Of a stretch of DNA of 64,000 bases, positions 40,079-49,632 are shown piece after piece. The first letter of the stretch is position 1, and the number at the start of each line of letters is the position of its first letter. The position numbers and the translations under genes were made by a program. Origin of the DNA: Candidatus Melainabacteria bacterium 17Bon1m (GTDB taxonomy: Bacteria > Cyanobacteriota > Vampirovibrionia > Obscuribacterales > Obscuribacteraceae); assembly GCA_032128875.1 (NCBI GenBank), contig JAVLKG010000001.1, forward strand, positions 544,001 to 608,000, read 5' to 3'. The notes beneath the pieces are model-generated. The model saw only the letters and a program-made list of their open reading frames with translations, was not told the DNA's origin and did no database searches.

Positions 40079-40201
40079 AAAAGCTGTCTGAATTTAAGGT
40101 TCAACCTCTAGTATAACCCGGCCGCCGGAAAAGCAGTCCGTTCATGCAATCATTCTGATTTGCACCCTCAGGAGTTCAACTCCAAGGATCTTCAAAAGAG
40201 C

Positions 40202-41188
40202 TCACCCGTTGACTTCTTGAAACCGTAGATCGAAGCGCATACGTCCCGGCTGACAATCAGCGAGAAGAGTCTGATAGAACTTCAGAAGTTTTTGAGAATC
40301 AGTGTCCGAAAGTATTGGTTCTATATCAACATGGATGTGATCAATTGGCGTGTGTGACAAAGGAATCGTGAGGCTTTGAAATAAAACCTTCATAAACTGT
40401 AGCTCTTCCTCAGTGGGTTGAAAGAGAAAGCTGAGTTCCAGAATTTTTGTCCTGCTTCCGTGCGCATATAGACATCGATCTGACAAATCCACAATGCAAG
40501 TTGCAATTGCTTCCAAAAGAGTCCGCATGAAAGTATAAATTGTTCTGTTTAAGTACATGACAGGACTTCGTCCCTTTGCACCAAGATTAGTGCGGCCAAA
40601 ATAACCATACGTCCGCTCATTCCACACGATTATTGGCACGATGCTATGAACCAGCGCGTTTCCGTGCTTAAGGTTGTTGTACATCTGCCAATGCGTTTGT
40701 AATCCAAGCCATTTACTTGCCATCCTCGCAGTTCTCACAATAACGGCGATGTTTTTTTGTCTTATATTTTCTAACGGTTCATAGAGTTCCTTTGGTAAAC
40801 TCTGTTCAACTGGGGCATAGAACATCAAGCTTCGCACTATATCCGGTGTCAAAGCCTTTAGTACATTTTGTGGTTTGATTTTCTTCCCCACATTGATGGA
40901 AAACATTTCTATGGGCTGCTGCAGGGCTGAAAGCAACGTGGCAAAATCTTCAATCAGTAAGCACAGCCGTTCGAACAATTCGAGGTAGACTCTAGCTTCC
41001 ATATCATAATTCCTTGATGCTTCTGAGGGTGAAAGAGAATCAGGGAAGGTAAGGGCTTCGAGAAAGTTTCTATGTTCATCAAGCATGAACATCCTGACGC
41101 GTACAGCGTCGTCCCTAAAACTTGTAAGCATTGCGAGTGACCACTGAAACTCGCTCGGATTTTCAAATTTCGCAGATATTTCTGGCAT
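40202..41188 (-). CDS. Hypothetical protein, possible divergent HEPN-like domain
   Basis: Helical protein with E.F.TL and YNNLKHG motifs. Confidence 0.6.
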   Translation of the reverse strand: MPEISAKFENPSEFQWSLAMLTSFRDDAVRVRMFMLDEHRNFLEALTFPDSLSPSEASRNYDMEARVYLELFERLCLLIEDFATLLSALQQPIEMFSINVGKKIKPQNVLKALTPDIVRSLMFYAPVEQSLPKELYEPLENIRQKNIAVIVRTARMASKWLGLQTHWQMYNNLKHGNALVHSIVPIIVWNERTYGYFGRTNLGAKGRSPVMYLNRTIYTFMRTLLEAIATCIVDLSDRCLYAHGSRTKILELSFLFQPTEEELQFMKVLFQSLTIPLSHTPIDHIHVDIEPILSDTDSQKLLKFYQTLLADCQPGRMRFDLRFQEVNG

Positions 41189-41225
41189 TTAAAAGGTCCT
41201 CATTGTTTTTCTTTCGTACCGAGTT

Positions 41226-42044
41226 TCAGCATTTTTCATGCCTAACGAGGTTTGGCATGTTTTTGTCGAACTCATCGATTTCGGCTGATGTTTGCTCTCG
41301 TTCGTTTTCATCTCCGAAAATGTCAAATTGGAGGCAATACTTCATGAAGAGCGAATGTGTAAATTCAGCCGTTTTTGCCTTTTGAAGAAAAATTGTTTCA
41401 CTATAGCCTGCCATCTGCTCAGCAGACGGATCCTCTTTGAGTTCGAGGCTAAATGCGTCCTTCTGCCAGCTCTCACTGATAGTCTCGTCTATAAAGAGTG
41501 CGCGAAATTCAGACCAATCTTTATTGGCGTACAAAATGCCAAAGTCCTTTTTTTCTACTATTCGCGCAAGACCATTCGAGACAGCGCTGAGATCTATGTG
41601 AGAGGAAAGCTGATTGCGCACATACCCAAAACTCGCAGCGTTGATTGTAAACAACGTATTCAATTCTGCCAATCTTTCGGAGAGTTCCTCATCGGAAATA
41701 ATCATGTTCCACAGACTTGGAGGAGTTTTGCTCGTCCTCCTTTGCTTTCGGCATTCTTCAATTTTCTCGTTGATCGTGCTTATGCAGTCGTACAGTGCTG
41801 AATAGACGATAGCTGATTGTTGCCTAAGCAAGAATAAAGATGCGCCATCATGCCTTTTGCAGCGCAAATAATCTGTTTGTTCAACTCTTTTCAATGCATG
41901 AGACAGCACGACCAACGAATCTAAGTCATTCAATGCAGCCAATAGCCGCAGCAAATATTTACTCTGTGGTGCTGTCTTCAGCTTCTTAAGACGAACCAGT
42001 GCGAAAGATGGCCGATTTACCATTGCGCCTCTGCTCCAAGTCAC
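41226..42044 (-). CDS. Hypothetical protein with HEPN (AbiU2-like) motif
   Basis: All-helical, with an R-N-x4-H motif (VRNQLSSH). Confidence 0.65.
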   Translation of the reverse strand: MTWSRGAMVNRPSFALVRLKKLKTAPQSKYLLRLLAALNDLDSLVVLSHALKRVEQTDYLRCKRHDGASLFLLRQQSAIVYSALYDCISTINEKIEECRKQRRTSKTPPSLWNMIISDEELSERLAELNTLFTINAASFGYVRNQLSSHIDLSAVSNGLARIVEKKDFGILYANKDWSEFRALFIDETISESWQKDAFSLELKEDPSAEQMAGYSETIFLQKAKTAEFTHSLFMKYCLQFDIFGDENEREQTSAEIDEFDKNMPNLVRHEKC

Positions 42045-42062
42045 TCGCTGCTCTCTGCTGAC

Positions 42063-43382
42063 CTACCTAATTTCAAATACGGATTCTTCGTCAACAAAAA
42101 ATGGAATGTCCTTTTCGTTGAGCCCAAATCTCTCGTACATTCGTGAAAGAACTTGGTATGTCACAATGTCCGGTGTGAATTCAGTTAATCTCACAACCTC
42201 TGTGACGCTCAGATCCTCATGATTGTACATTTTAGCCTGATTTCCTATATCAAAGAATGGACTGAGCGGATGATGAGGTGCCAAGAAAACTCCCTTTAGA
42301 TGGTGATAGAAAAGCGCAATGCACCATTCCGTTTCAGAGATAGCAAAGGCTTCAATCAGTCGTCGATACATCCGGAAAAAGCTCGCTGGGAATTCAACTA
42401 CCGGGAACGGCCAAAGCAGCGGACGTGCCTTTAGCTCTTCCTCTGATTCAGAGCGGAAAAACGTTTTGCTCAACGGTGCTTCGAAGGTCATAAACCCATT
42501 TGCTAAAAGAGTTAGGGAAGCAAACTTTGGATTACCCATAGAGATTCGAGAGCCACTCTGCAGAAATGGTTCTCTATCGACTAGGCTCATATTCCAACCC
42601 GAACGTCTGTCTTCGGGCGAAGGTACTCGCAGGAAATTTGTTACAGCTGCACTCTGCAAATCCAACTGCTTAGCACTAACACGTCTAGGCCCCACACACA
42701 GGAAAAAAGAAGGCTCTGAATGCTTATTCATAAACTCCGACAAGAGCGCGTTAGCCACATCCTTTCCCTCAGTTAATTCATTTAGTGTTGTGTCGCTAAA
42801 GAAATCCACAATGTTCTGATGTAAGGGTTGCTCTCTTCGCAACAAATGTTCAATTGTGGATAGTCGCCTTTCTGTGAGGTCATTATTGAAACTATTGCGA
42901 ATCTCCAAGAATGTCATTTCTCGTTTGCCATCCTGGTATCGCTTGAGGAAGTGAGTTCCGTTTTTAAATTTCACCATGTGCGGAATTCTGGAACTTGTTG
43001 GCACTCTAACAACTACTATTTTTGCCCCATCAACCTCGCGTGCTTTGACCTCTAGCCCAGATATGCGTTCTTCAATGTGTTGAACGCAGAGATCTAAAAT
43101 CTTCTGGGTCATCTTTTCTTGGTCTTTACCGAGGGTCTGAAATCTCGCAGCTCTGCTTTGATCGTCTGCCTTGAGACCAATCACAATGTAGCCTCCGCCA
43201 GCGTTTGCCATTGAAGCAATGTCTTTGAGGACTTCAAGACTTTGCTTATCCACCTCTTTAATATCTGAAACAAACAACGGATAAGTGGTTTTGAACTCGA
43301 CATACTCATTCTCTCGTTGTCCCAGCAGGCTCCGAAGATCATCTTCTGTTAATTTATCTACGGTCTTATGTTCAAACAGCAT
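42063..43382 (-). CDS. Schlafen/AlbA_2 domain protein with unknown C-terminal domain
   Basis: RENEYVEFK, KDIASMANAGGGYIVIGL, PHMV, KRYQDGKREM motifs. Confidence 0.88.
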   Translation of the reverse strand: MLFEHKTVDKLTEDDLRSLLGQRENEYVEFKTTYPLFVSDIKEVDKQSLEVLKDIASMANAGGGYIVIGLKADDQSRAARFQTLGKDQEKMTQKILDLCVQHIEERISGLEVKAREVDGAKIVVVRVPTSSRIPHMVKFKNGTHFLKRYQDGKREMTFLEIRNSFNNDLTERRLSTIEHLLRREQPLHQNIVDFFSDTTLNELTEGKDVANALLSEFMNKHSEPSFFLCVGPRRVSAKQLDLQSAAVTNFLRVPSPEDRRSGWNMSLVDREPFLQSGSRISMGNPKFASLTLLANGFMTFEAPLSKTFFRSESEEELKARPLLWPFPVVEFPASFFRMYRRLIEAFAISETEWCIALFYHHLKGVFLAPHHPLSPFFDIGNQAKMYNHEDLSVTEVVRLTEFTPDIVTYQVLSRMYERFGLNEKDIPFFVDEESVFEIR

Positions 43383-43409
43383 AGGATTTTCCTGTAGGCG
43401 CGATACTGA

Positions 43410-43922
43410 TCAAAATATCCGAATGTACAACGATATGTCGGCTGTATTGTCCATGTTTCTCCACGTATGACCACGTTTGCAGAAGCCGTATCTTTCTAGG
43501 ACCTTTGCCATTCTCTTGTTGTAAGTTGTCGCAAAAAGCTCGTCTTGAAAACATTCGAGCAAGAATCTTACCATCGCCTTGGCAATACCCTCTCCCTCGT
43601 AGTGCTTGTGGACGGCGACATATCCTAATTCAGAAGTTTTATCTTCAAACTCGAATCCACTTTTCTTTGCAGTTTCGGCCGCATAATCTTTTCTAGTACG
43701 CTTGATAGCCCCTAGCCCAACTATTTCGTCGTTGTCATTTGTGACAAGTACCACTTATGGTGATACTGACAGTTCTACCGTTGCAGACTGGATGGATACG
43801 GCACCCCCGTCTTTCAAGATTTCTATGCTTGAATTTTTTTCTGCTGTGGTTATGAATTCACCTTGACCAATCAATTGAATCCATAGTCCTTCGTTGATTT
43901 GTTTTTTCGGTGTCCGTGCCAT
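43410..43922 (-). pseudogene. GNAT acetyltransferase interrupted by an in-frame TAA (43757-43755)
   Basis: ATG at 43922 reads 55 codons to TAA, then continues in frame into ...ELGYVAVHKHYEGEGIAK...N..M..VL...GF (GNAT motifs). Confidence 0.7.
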
Positions 43923-44118
43923 CTTGAATTCCAATCGATACAGTTTCCCGAATGCTTGCGCTTTCGATGTCTGAAGCTAATTCAGCTCGAAGAATAATCT
44001 CTTGCGCCAATTGTTACATCCCTGAAATTATAAATGGTTGATGGCTTAACTCATCAATCTGTTCAATGTAACCGATGCTTAGGAGCGAGCTATGAATAGC
44101 GATTTTGGATCACTTAGC

Positions 44119-44688
44119 TCAGTTCGCAAGGCGCCAGAACTCCAACAGCTTGTCGAAAAGACTATCAAACAGGTTCTCAGGAAGTAAATTTGCATCTTCC
44201 TTTGTCGACTTCCATATGACCGTTCTAAAGATCATTTGGGGATTTCTGCGCAGAATAACTTCATCAATGACCGAAACAGTGCAGGTTGTGCGTCCTTGAA
44301 ATGTATTGTAGTTCGCCAAAACCTCGGTCCCCTTTCTCTGATTCTGATTTACGGGCAGCAATTCAATCCCTGCTTCTTCAAATCTGTTTTGCGCGTTGTC
44401 AAAAATTTTTTTCTCCATTGCTTCATCATGGACAAGCTTTCCATTTACGGACGAGGTCACTGAGCATAGAAATCTAGCGATCTTAATGCCCTTAAGTGGT
44501 GCTGCGCGTAAGATTCGAACTGGGGGCGGCGCAGTTCCAACAATGGATGCCATTTTGTCCATATCATCAAAGAATGCCGGATCTAGCATGTCTGCGTTAG
44601 TTTGCGCAGCGGAAGCAGTTACAAATGTAATTGTCATTGCAGCTGATAGGGCACATGGTATTTGTATGGTGCCGAGTAAGTTTGTCAC
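44119..44688 (-). CDS. Hypothetical exported protein
   Basis: Signal-like N-terminus, 189-aa ORF, AAGGA RBS. Confidence 0.65.
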   Translation of the reverse strand: MTNLLGTIQIPCALSAAMTITFVTASAAQTNADMLDPAFFDDMDKMASIVGTAPPPVRILRAAPLKGIKIARFLCSVTSSVNGKLVHDEAMEKKIFDNAQNRFEEAGIELLPVNQNQRKGTEVLANYNTFQGRTTCTVSVIDEVILRRNPQMIFRTVIWKSTKEDANLLPENLFDSLFDKLLEFWRLAN

Positions 44689-44782
44689 GCTTTAGCAATC
44701 CTTTCGCCTGTTTGATCTATCTCGCCTTAAATAACTTCGATCGACGATTGTTAGATTCTGAGCTGTAATTGTAGCTGGTCGC

Positions 44783-46000
44783 TCATGTCGAACCAGATAT
44801 CGGCTTTTGAAACGGAACCACATTTAGACGTCGTTTGCTGCCCTTTAGAAGCGATTGTTGAGCCTTTGCCTTGGCATCACGCTCGGCGTTCTTTGCGGTG
44901 TGCGCATAGACCAGCATAGTGGTTTTAATGTCTTTGTGGTTAAGCGCTCCTTGAATGACCGATGCGTTTGCGCCACTGTTTGCCATCCATGAGGCCATAC
45001 TGCGCCGCAAGTCGTGAAGGCGTAGGTCTGTTATCTTGGCGCGCTTAAGAACTCGTGCCCACGCGCGTTTTGGATCTGCAAGATGGCCTTGATTGTGTGG
45101 ACCGGGGAATACATATTCACCCGGGGCAGCCACCATTCTTTTCTTCAAGATGGAAAGGTCAACATCTGTCAACGCGACTATATATTGATCGCCTGTCTTC
45201 GTTATTTCGCCCGGAATGGTCCAAGTACCGGTAGTGAAGTTGATGTCTTTCCAGCGCATTGCAAGCAGGTTTGACTTGCGCTCGCCGGTTAGTAAGGCGA
45301 GCATGAAAAAGTCTCGCATCACTGGATTCTCTTCCCAGTCCAGCGCGGCTTGAAGGCGTTCATACTCACCTTCATCCAGCACCCTAGAACGCGCGTTCTC
45401 CGGAAACATCGTGACGATGGTCGCAGGATTGCTGCCCTCAAAGAATCTCCATTTGATTGCTTTGTTGAACATCGCGCGCAGAATTTCAATGGCGCGATTT
45501 GCCGCGAGCGGTCCGCGAGTGTCGGCAATCTTTTGATGCAGTTCCATCACTTCGGTTGGATCAATTACAGACAGTCTTCGTGTTTTCCAGTGAGCAAAAG
45601 CTTTATCGAATGACGCGGTTATTTCGGCAACTCTTCTTCCTTTCTTCGAAAGGTGTTTCTCGACATAGTGTTCGAAGAGTTCTTCCAAAGTCATTTCTTT
45701 GTGTGATTGCCGCCGAACTTCAGCGAAGTTTTGTCCAACGGAAAGTTGCGATTGGAATTCTTGTGCTTTGGTTCTCGCCTGTTCAATTGATAAGTCTGGA
45801 AACCGGCCAATGCAAAGCCGCTCCGACTTACCTTGAAGTTTTCGCCGACAATAAAAGGTTTTTGTGCCCCCAGGCGAGACCAGGATGTAAAGTACGCGAA
45901 CCAGTTCATCAAAATAACGCACCTGTTGAGAACCAGGAGCTGGCAGTGGAAGCCGCTCGATCTCTCTTTTAGTAAAGTTGATGTAGTTGGATGCTGGCAT
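44783..46000 (-). CDS. int: Tyrosine recombinase/integrase with N-terminal arm-binding domain (P4-like)
   Basis: TGERKSN (Arg), HDLRR, LNH, terminal Tyr (VYAH); N-terminal VSPGGTKTF...IGRFPDLSIEQAR. Confidence 0.95.
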   Translation of the reverse strand: MPASNYINFTKREIERLPLPAPGSQQVRYFDELVRVLYILVSPGGTKTFYCRRKLQGKSERLCIGRFPDLSIEQARTKAQEFQSQLSVGQNFAEVRRQSHKEMTLEELFEHYVEKHLSKKGRRVAEITASFDKAFAHWKTRRLSVIDPTEVMELHQKIADTRGPLAANRAIEILRAMFNKAIKWRFFEGSNPATIVTMFPENARSRVLDEGEYERLQAALDWEENPVMRDFFMLALLTGERKSNLLAMRWKDINFTTGTWTIPGEITKTGDQYIVALTDVDLSILKKRMVAAPGEYVFPGPHNQGHLADPKRAWARVLKRAKITDLRLHDLRRSMASWMANSGANASVIQGALNHKDIKTTMLVYAHTAKNAERDAKAKAQQSLLKGSKRRLNVVPFQKPISGST

Positions 46001-46244
46001 TTTTGGTGTACTGATCTATGGCCCCTTTGGACGGGGCAAAATTCAGAAAAGCCCCGTTCTATGGTCCGAAACCATGAAGTCCTATGGCCCCTATATGGAC
46101 CCCTTGGAATCAAGTCTTACCCCTATTGCTCAAATTTGGCAAACAACAGTGATCGCTGGAAATGCTAGTAAACATAAGCCTTTTCAACGATAATCAACGC
46201 AGAAGAAAACAGATAAAATTTGCAAAAAATGAGGCGTTCTATTT

Positions 46245-46350
46245 CTACGAACCATGAGGTCGGGAGTTCGAATCTCTCCGGGCAGGTATATAGAACGGCT
46301 TTCTCTGAGCGGCAACGCAAAGATTGAGCCGTTTTTTATTGGGGTGGGCG
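46245..46350 (+). repeat. attR: duplicated 3' half of tRNA-Arg plus downstream sequence
   Basis: CTACGAACCATGAGGTCGGGAGTTCGAATCTCTCCGGGCAGG... identical to 35099 onwards; lacks the tRNA 5' half. Confidence 0.95.
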
Positions 46351-46468
46351 CTCCCCAATTATGGGCCCTTTTGGATCAAAGTTGATCAATTGAAAAAAAC
46401 TCGGGGCCATTAACTGAGCGCGAAAAACCATAGGGTCGGTTGGCGAAAATGAATTTTGGAGATCGTGA

Positions 46469-47311
46469 ATGAACCCGAGAACGCTGCTAATTTCAGTGTT
46501 GTTCATTGTAATGAGTGTTTCAAGAGCTCATGCAGATACTGGCTGGATTTCTGATGGCGGCTCTGTGCATTTGCTTGGCGAGAATGGATCCATAAGCATG
46601 GAAAGTGAAGTTGTGAATATTCGAGTGAGCAAAAATCTCGTTGAAGCAGATTGTCTATTCAAATTCGTCAATAATGGTCCCGCATGTACAGTGCGGATGG
46701 GCTTTCCCGATCAATGTAGCGATGAGAGGGATTCAGATGACGGATCGCCTAAGGGCGCATTTCTTTCATATAAGTCATTCATTGACGGCAAAGAAGTAAA
46801 GACTGAGACGCTAAAAGGCGGCTGGGATAATGGTGCCTATACAGTCTGGCACGCTAATGATGTCAGCTTTGATGCAAACGGCCGAAGAGAAATTCGAAAC
46901 ATCTACACAGTTTGTCCGGGCTTCGCTGCAGTCTCTGAAAAAGGATATGCTGCAAAATGCGTTGCCTACACGCTGCATACTGCTTCGTCGTGGCGTGGGA
47001 AAATTCATGATGGTGTTGTCTCGTTTAATTTTGATGGAGACGTAATTCCTCTTCCTGTTGAACTAGTGGAGGAAAAAAATTCAGCAGTTGATAAAAGCGC
47101 TAGGTATGACTGGCAGCGTGCAAAACCAGGAACGCTTGTTTTCACAAGCGCTCTCTCGCCGGTTGTTGAAGGGAACTCGATTCAGTTTAAGTTTAAGAAT
47201 TTCCGGCCTTCGACGAAAGATGACATCTTCATTTTTTATGGACGAATGGGTAAGGGAGAAGCAACCAGATTTGTCAGGATGGTTGAGAAAACTTATGCCA
47301 AAAGCAAATGA
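46469..47311 (+). CDS. Exported protein, DUF4424-like
   Basis: Signal peptide, ISMESEVV, F.F.N, MGFP, YTLHTASSWRG.I motifs. Confidence 0.7.
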   Translation: MNPRTLLISVLFIVMSVSRAHADTGWISDGGSVHLLGENGSISMESEVVNIRVSKNLVEADCLFKFVNNGPACTVRMGFPDQCSDERDSDDGSPKGAFLSYKSFIDGKEVKTETLKGGWDNGAYTVWHANDVSFDANGRREIRNIYTVCPGFAAVSEKGYAAKCVAYTLHTASSWRGKIHDGVVSFNFDGDVIPLPVELVEEKNSAVDKSARYDWQRAKPGTLVFTSALSPVVEGNSIQFKFKNFRPSTKDDIFIFYGRMGKGEATRFVRMVEKTYAKSK

Positions 47312-47533
47312 CTATCGTCACTTGCACCGCTTGCCTTGTCCAATGGAAATTTGATCGATGGTACAAATAGAAAATTGCAGCTTGGCTCCAGCTTTGCCCA
47401 GAGTAACATTTGTTTGGTCCTAGAAGAAAAGAATGCCGTGTATACTGATCACGTTCTGTTTATGATCTGCGGTACTCGGATCCTATTCGTTCTTGAATAC
47501 AGCGTTTTGACGCCTTAAGACGACTCGGGAGTG

Positions 47534-48352
47534 CTAGTTCTGCGGCGAAGGCTCTTTCAGAAACTTGGAGATTATCGAAAACAACTCAGCTTCCGAAACA
47601 TTTGCAAATGCATGATCCGCATTCTTGAAAATGTGTTCCTGGTATTGTCCTCCTGCCCTTTTGAGTACAGCGATCAATTGGCGCTCTCGGCTCAAAGGCA
47701 CAACTCGATCGGCGCTGCCGTGTAATATCAAAACTGGCGGCATGCGTGCAATTTTGTCTGTGGGCAGAACAAAACAACCAGCCATGTCGACCACGGAGAT
47801 TACTGCTGGATTGGATGCCACCGCATGTAATGCCAGTTGAGCGCCTAAGCTGTGTCCAAGAATACTTACGCGTTTTGAATCAATGCCCGGTTGCCGCTGG
47901 ACAAACTTGATACCATCACTAATAGTTTGCAGCCACTTTCCAAAGTTTGCACCCATCTGTGCATTGTTCGCATAGGCTATACCGCTGCGATCCATGTAAT
48001 GCACTATAACTGCATTGATTCCGCAGTTAGATAAACTGGACGCCATATCTCGGAAGAATCCACCTGTTTCTTCAATACCTCCGGACCCCGGCAGAATAAT
48101 TACAGTCGGGTTGCTTGTACTCTTTGCACTGTAAAACCACTCAGTTCTAATTGAATGCCCAGCCGACATGAATGTATTGTGGTTCACTGCCTGTGTGATT
48201 TTTGTTTTGCACATGGTTGCATCAGTTGCATGCTTGTCCGCGGACCAGCAATTGGGCCCCCAGGTAATTGCGACCCAAAGTGAACTGCAAAGAACTAAGC
48301 GTAAACGTGAGACTTGCTGTACTTGGCGCATGAATTTGGAGTGCGTATCCAT
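47534..48352 (-). CDS. Dienelactone-hydrolase-like alpha/beta hydrolase
   Basis: GHSLG nucleophile elbow, LILHGSADRVVP, ADHAF. Confidence 0.9.
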   Translation of the reverse strand: MDTHSKFMRQVQQVSRLRLVLCSSLWVAITWGPNCWSADKHATDATMCKTKITQAVNHNTFMSAGHSIRTEWFYSAKSTSNPTVIILPGSGGIEETGGFFRDMASSLSNCGINAVIVHYMDRSGIAYANNAQMGANFGKWLQTISDGIKFVQRQPGIDSKRVSILGHSLGAQLALHAVASNPAVISVVDMAGCFVLPTDKIARMPPVLILHGSADRVVPLSRERQLIAVLKRAGGQYQEHIFKNADHAFANVSEAELFSIISKFLKEPSPQN

Positions 48353-48431
48353 GTGTTAGTCCGGTTGTACGGCAAATTTTGCCGCTAAGCGTGAATTGTA
48401 TTGTGGTAACCATATCCTAGATGGAGGGAAA

Positions 48432-48791
48432 ATGGGCAAAACTATAGATTTGAAACAGCTGGCAGTTGCGAAGTTTCCTGAGAAGGTTGCTGCGCTGCGG
48501 ATGCTGTTTGGTTTTACCCAAGAAGAACTTGCGAGAAGTCTTGGCGTTAACGAAAAGACTATAAGGCGTTGGGAGCGCGAAGATGTTGAACCACGCGCGC
48601 AAAACAAACAAGCCGTGCAGGCACTCATAACCATTGCCGAAGCGCTCTGTGATCTGTTTGAACCAGATGTAATAAAGGTTTGGGTCGATCGTGAAAATCC
48701 GAAGTTGAATGGCGAGCGTCCCAGGGACTTTGTGAAGAGGCCTGGCGGTATCTTTATTGTGGCGAACTTACTTGGTACCGTGGGCCGCTGA
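48432..48791 (+). CDS. XRE HTH + MbcA/ParS-like C-terminal antitoxin
   Basis: FTQEELARSLGVNEKTIRRWE and WVDRENPKLNGERPRD. Confidence 0.8.
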   Translation: MGKTIDLKQLAVAKFPEKVAALRMLFGFTQEELARSLGVNEKTIRRWEREDVEPRAQNKQAVQALITIAEALCDLFEPDVIKVWVDRENPKLNGERPRDFVKRPGGIFIVANLLGTVGR

Positions 48792-49040
48792 TATGCACGT
48801 CAATCTCGCTGCGCTAAATAAGCTCCCGTCTCAAAGCATCGATGGCGAGCGACCCATGACGAAATCATGCCTAGGGATGAGGACGCAATGAAGGCGTTAG
48901 AGATATTGTGGATATAGACATCCGAATATCTGATTTGTGAAGGCGCAACTAAATCCATCATTCATGCGACCAGTTATGCGTTCCGGTCAGCAGCGCCGAA
49001 TAGTCACATAAGTCAGAAGAATTAGTGAGGAGAAGACATC

Positions 49041-49592
49041 ATGAAAAGTTTAGTGATAAAGAGGCATCCAAGTCTAGTGCCACTTTCAAGAGACAACGGT
49101 GTAGGCCTTTTATGTGCGCAACGATTGCGCAAGGCTGTACGGGCATCCGCAAATGATCGCTTGCAACTGGCAGAACAAATGCGTGTAGTATTCACCGACT
49201 TGATCGGATCATTTCTGGACGATGAGTACAGAGTCTTGTCGCCTGTCATTGCCAACAACGAGTTGCGCGTTCGATTGGAGCAACACCACGAAAGTGTGCG
49301 CAGCTTACTTGCTGAGTTAGAGCAGCTCGAATCCGCACAAGATCCGGGTTTAGGCTTATTGTCGAGAATTGCTGATGTGCTCGATAATTACGTTCGCTGG
49401 GAAGAAAATACGCTTTTCCCTTGTATCCAAGAACAGCTTGACGGTTCGCAATTGGAAAAACTTTCCGAGACAACCGCTGCAATTGAAGCAAGCCGGACGC
49501 GCCCTACGCAGCAACTTCATTCTTCAGTATCTCTCGATAAGCAGTCTGGAGTGGCTGAGACCTGTGTATGCTCAAAAGCGAAAAGCGCATAG
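49041..49592 (+). CDS. Hemerythrin-like domain protein (degenerate ligands)
   Basis: KRHPSLVPLSRD, RLEQHH, YVRWEENTLFP. Confidence 0.75.
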   Translation: MKSLVIKRHPSLVPLSRDNGVGLLCAQRLRKAVRASANDRLQLAEQMRVVFTDLIGSFLDDEYRVLSPVIANNELRVRLEQHHESVRSLLAELEQLESAQDPGLGLLSRIADVLDNYVRWEENTLFPCIQEQLDGSQLEKLSETTAAIEASRTRPTQQLHSSVSLDKQSGVAETCVCSKAKSA

Positions 49593-49632
49593 ATCAGTCA
49601 ATCAATAATTCCATACGATGGAGACCTAAGCC

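Larger units (their letters stand above)
35099..46244. mobile_element. 11.1-kb integrative genomic island in tRNA-Arg(ACG)
   Basis: Direct repeat of the tRNA 3' half at 35099 and 46245 (73 bp identical), tyrosine integrase at the right end, repeated TATGG(C/A/T)CC arm-like sites at both ends. Confidence 0.92.

Noticed and set aside
43755-43757. Recoding of the in-frame stop in the GNAT gene
   Set aside because: The codon is TAA, not TGA or TAG; treated as a nonsense mutation or sequencing error.
35099-46244. Prophage
   Set aside because: No capsid, terminase, tail, lysis or replication genes were recognised.
46245-46286. Second tRNA-Arg gene
   Set aside because: Only the 3' half is present (no acceptor 5' strand or D-arm); it is the att duplication.
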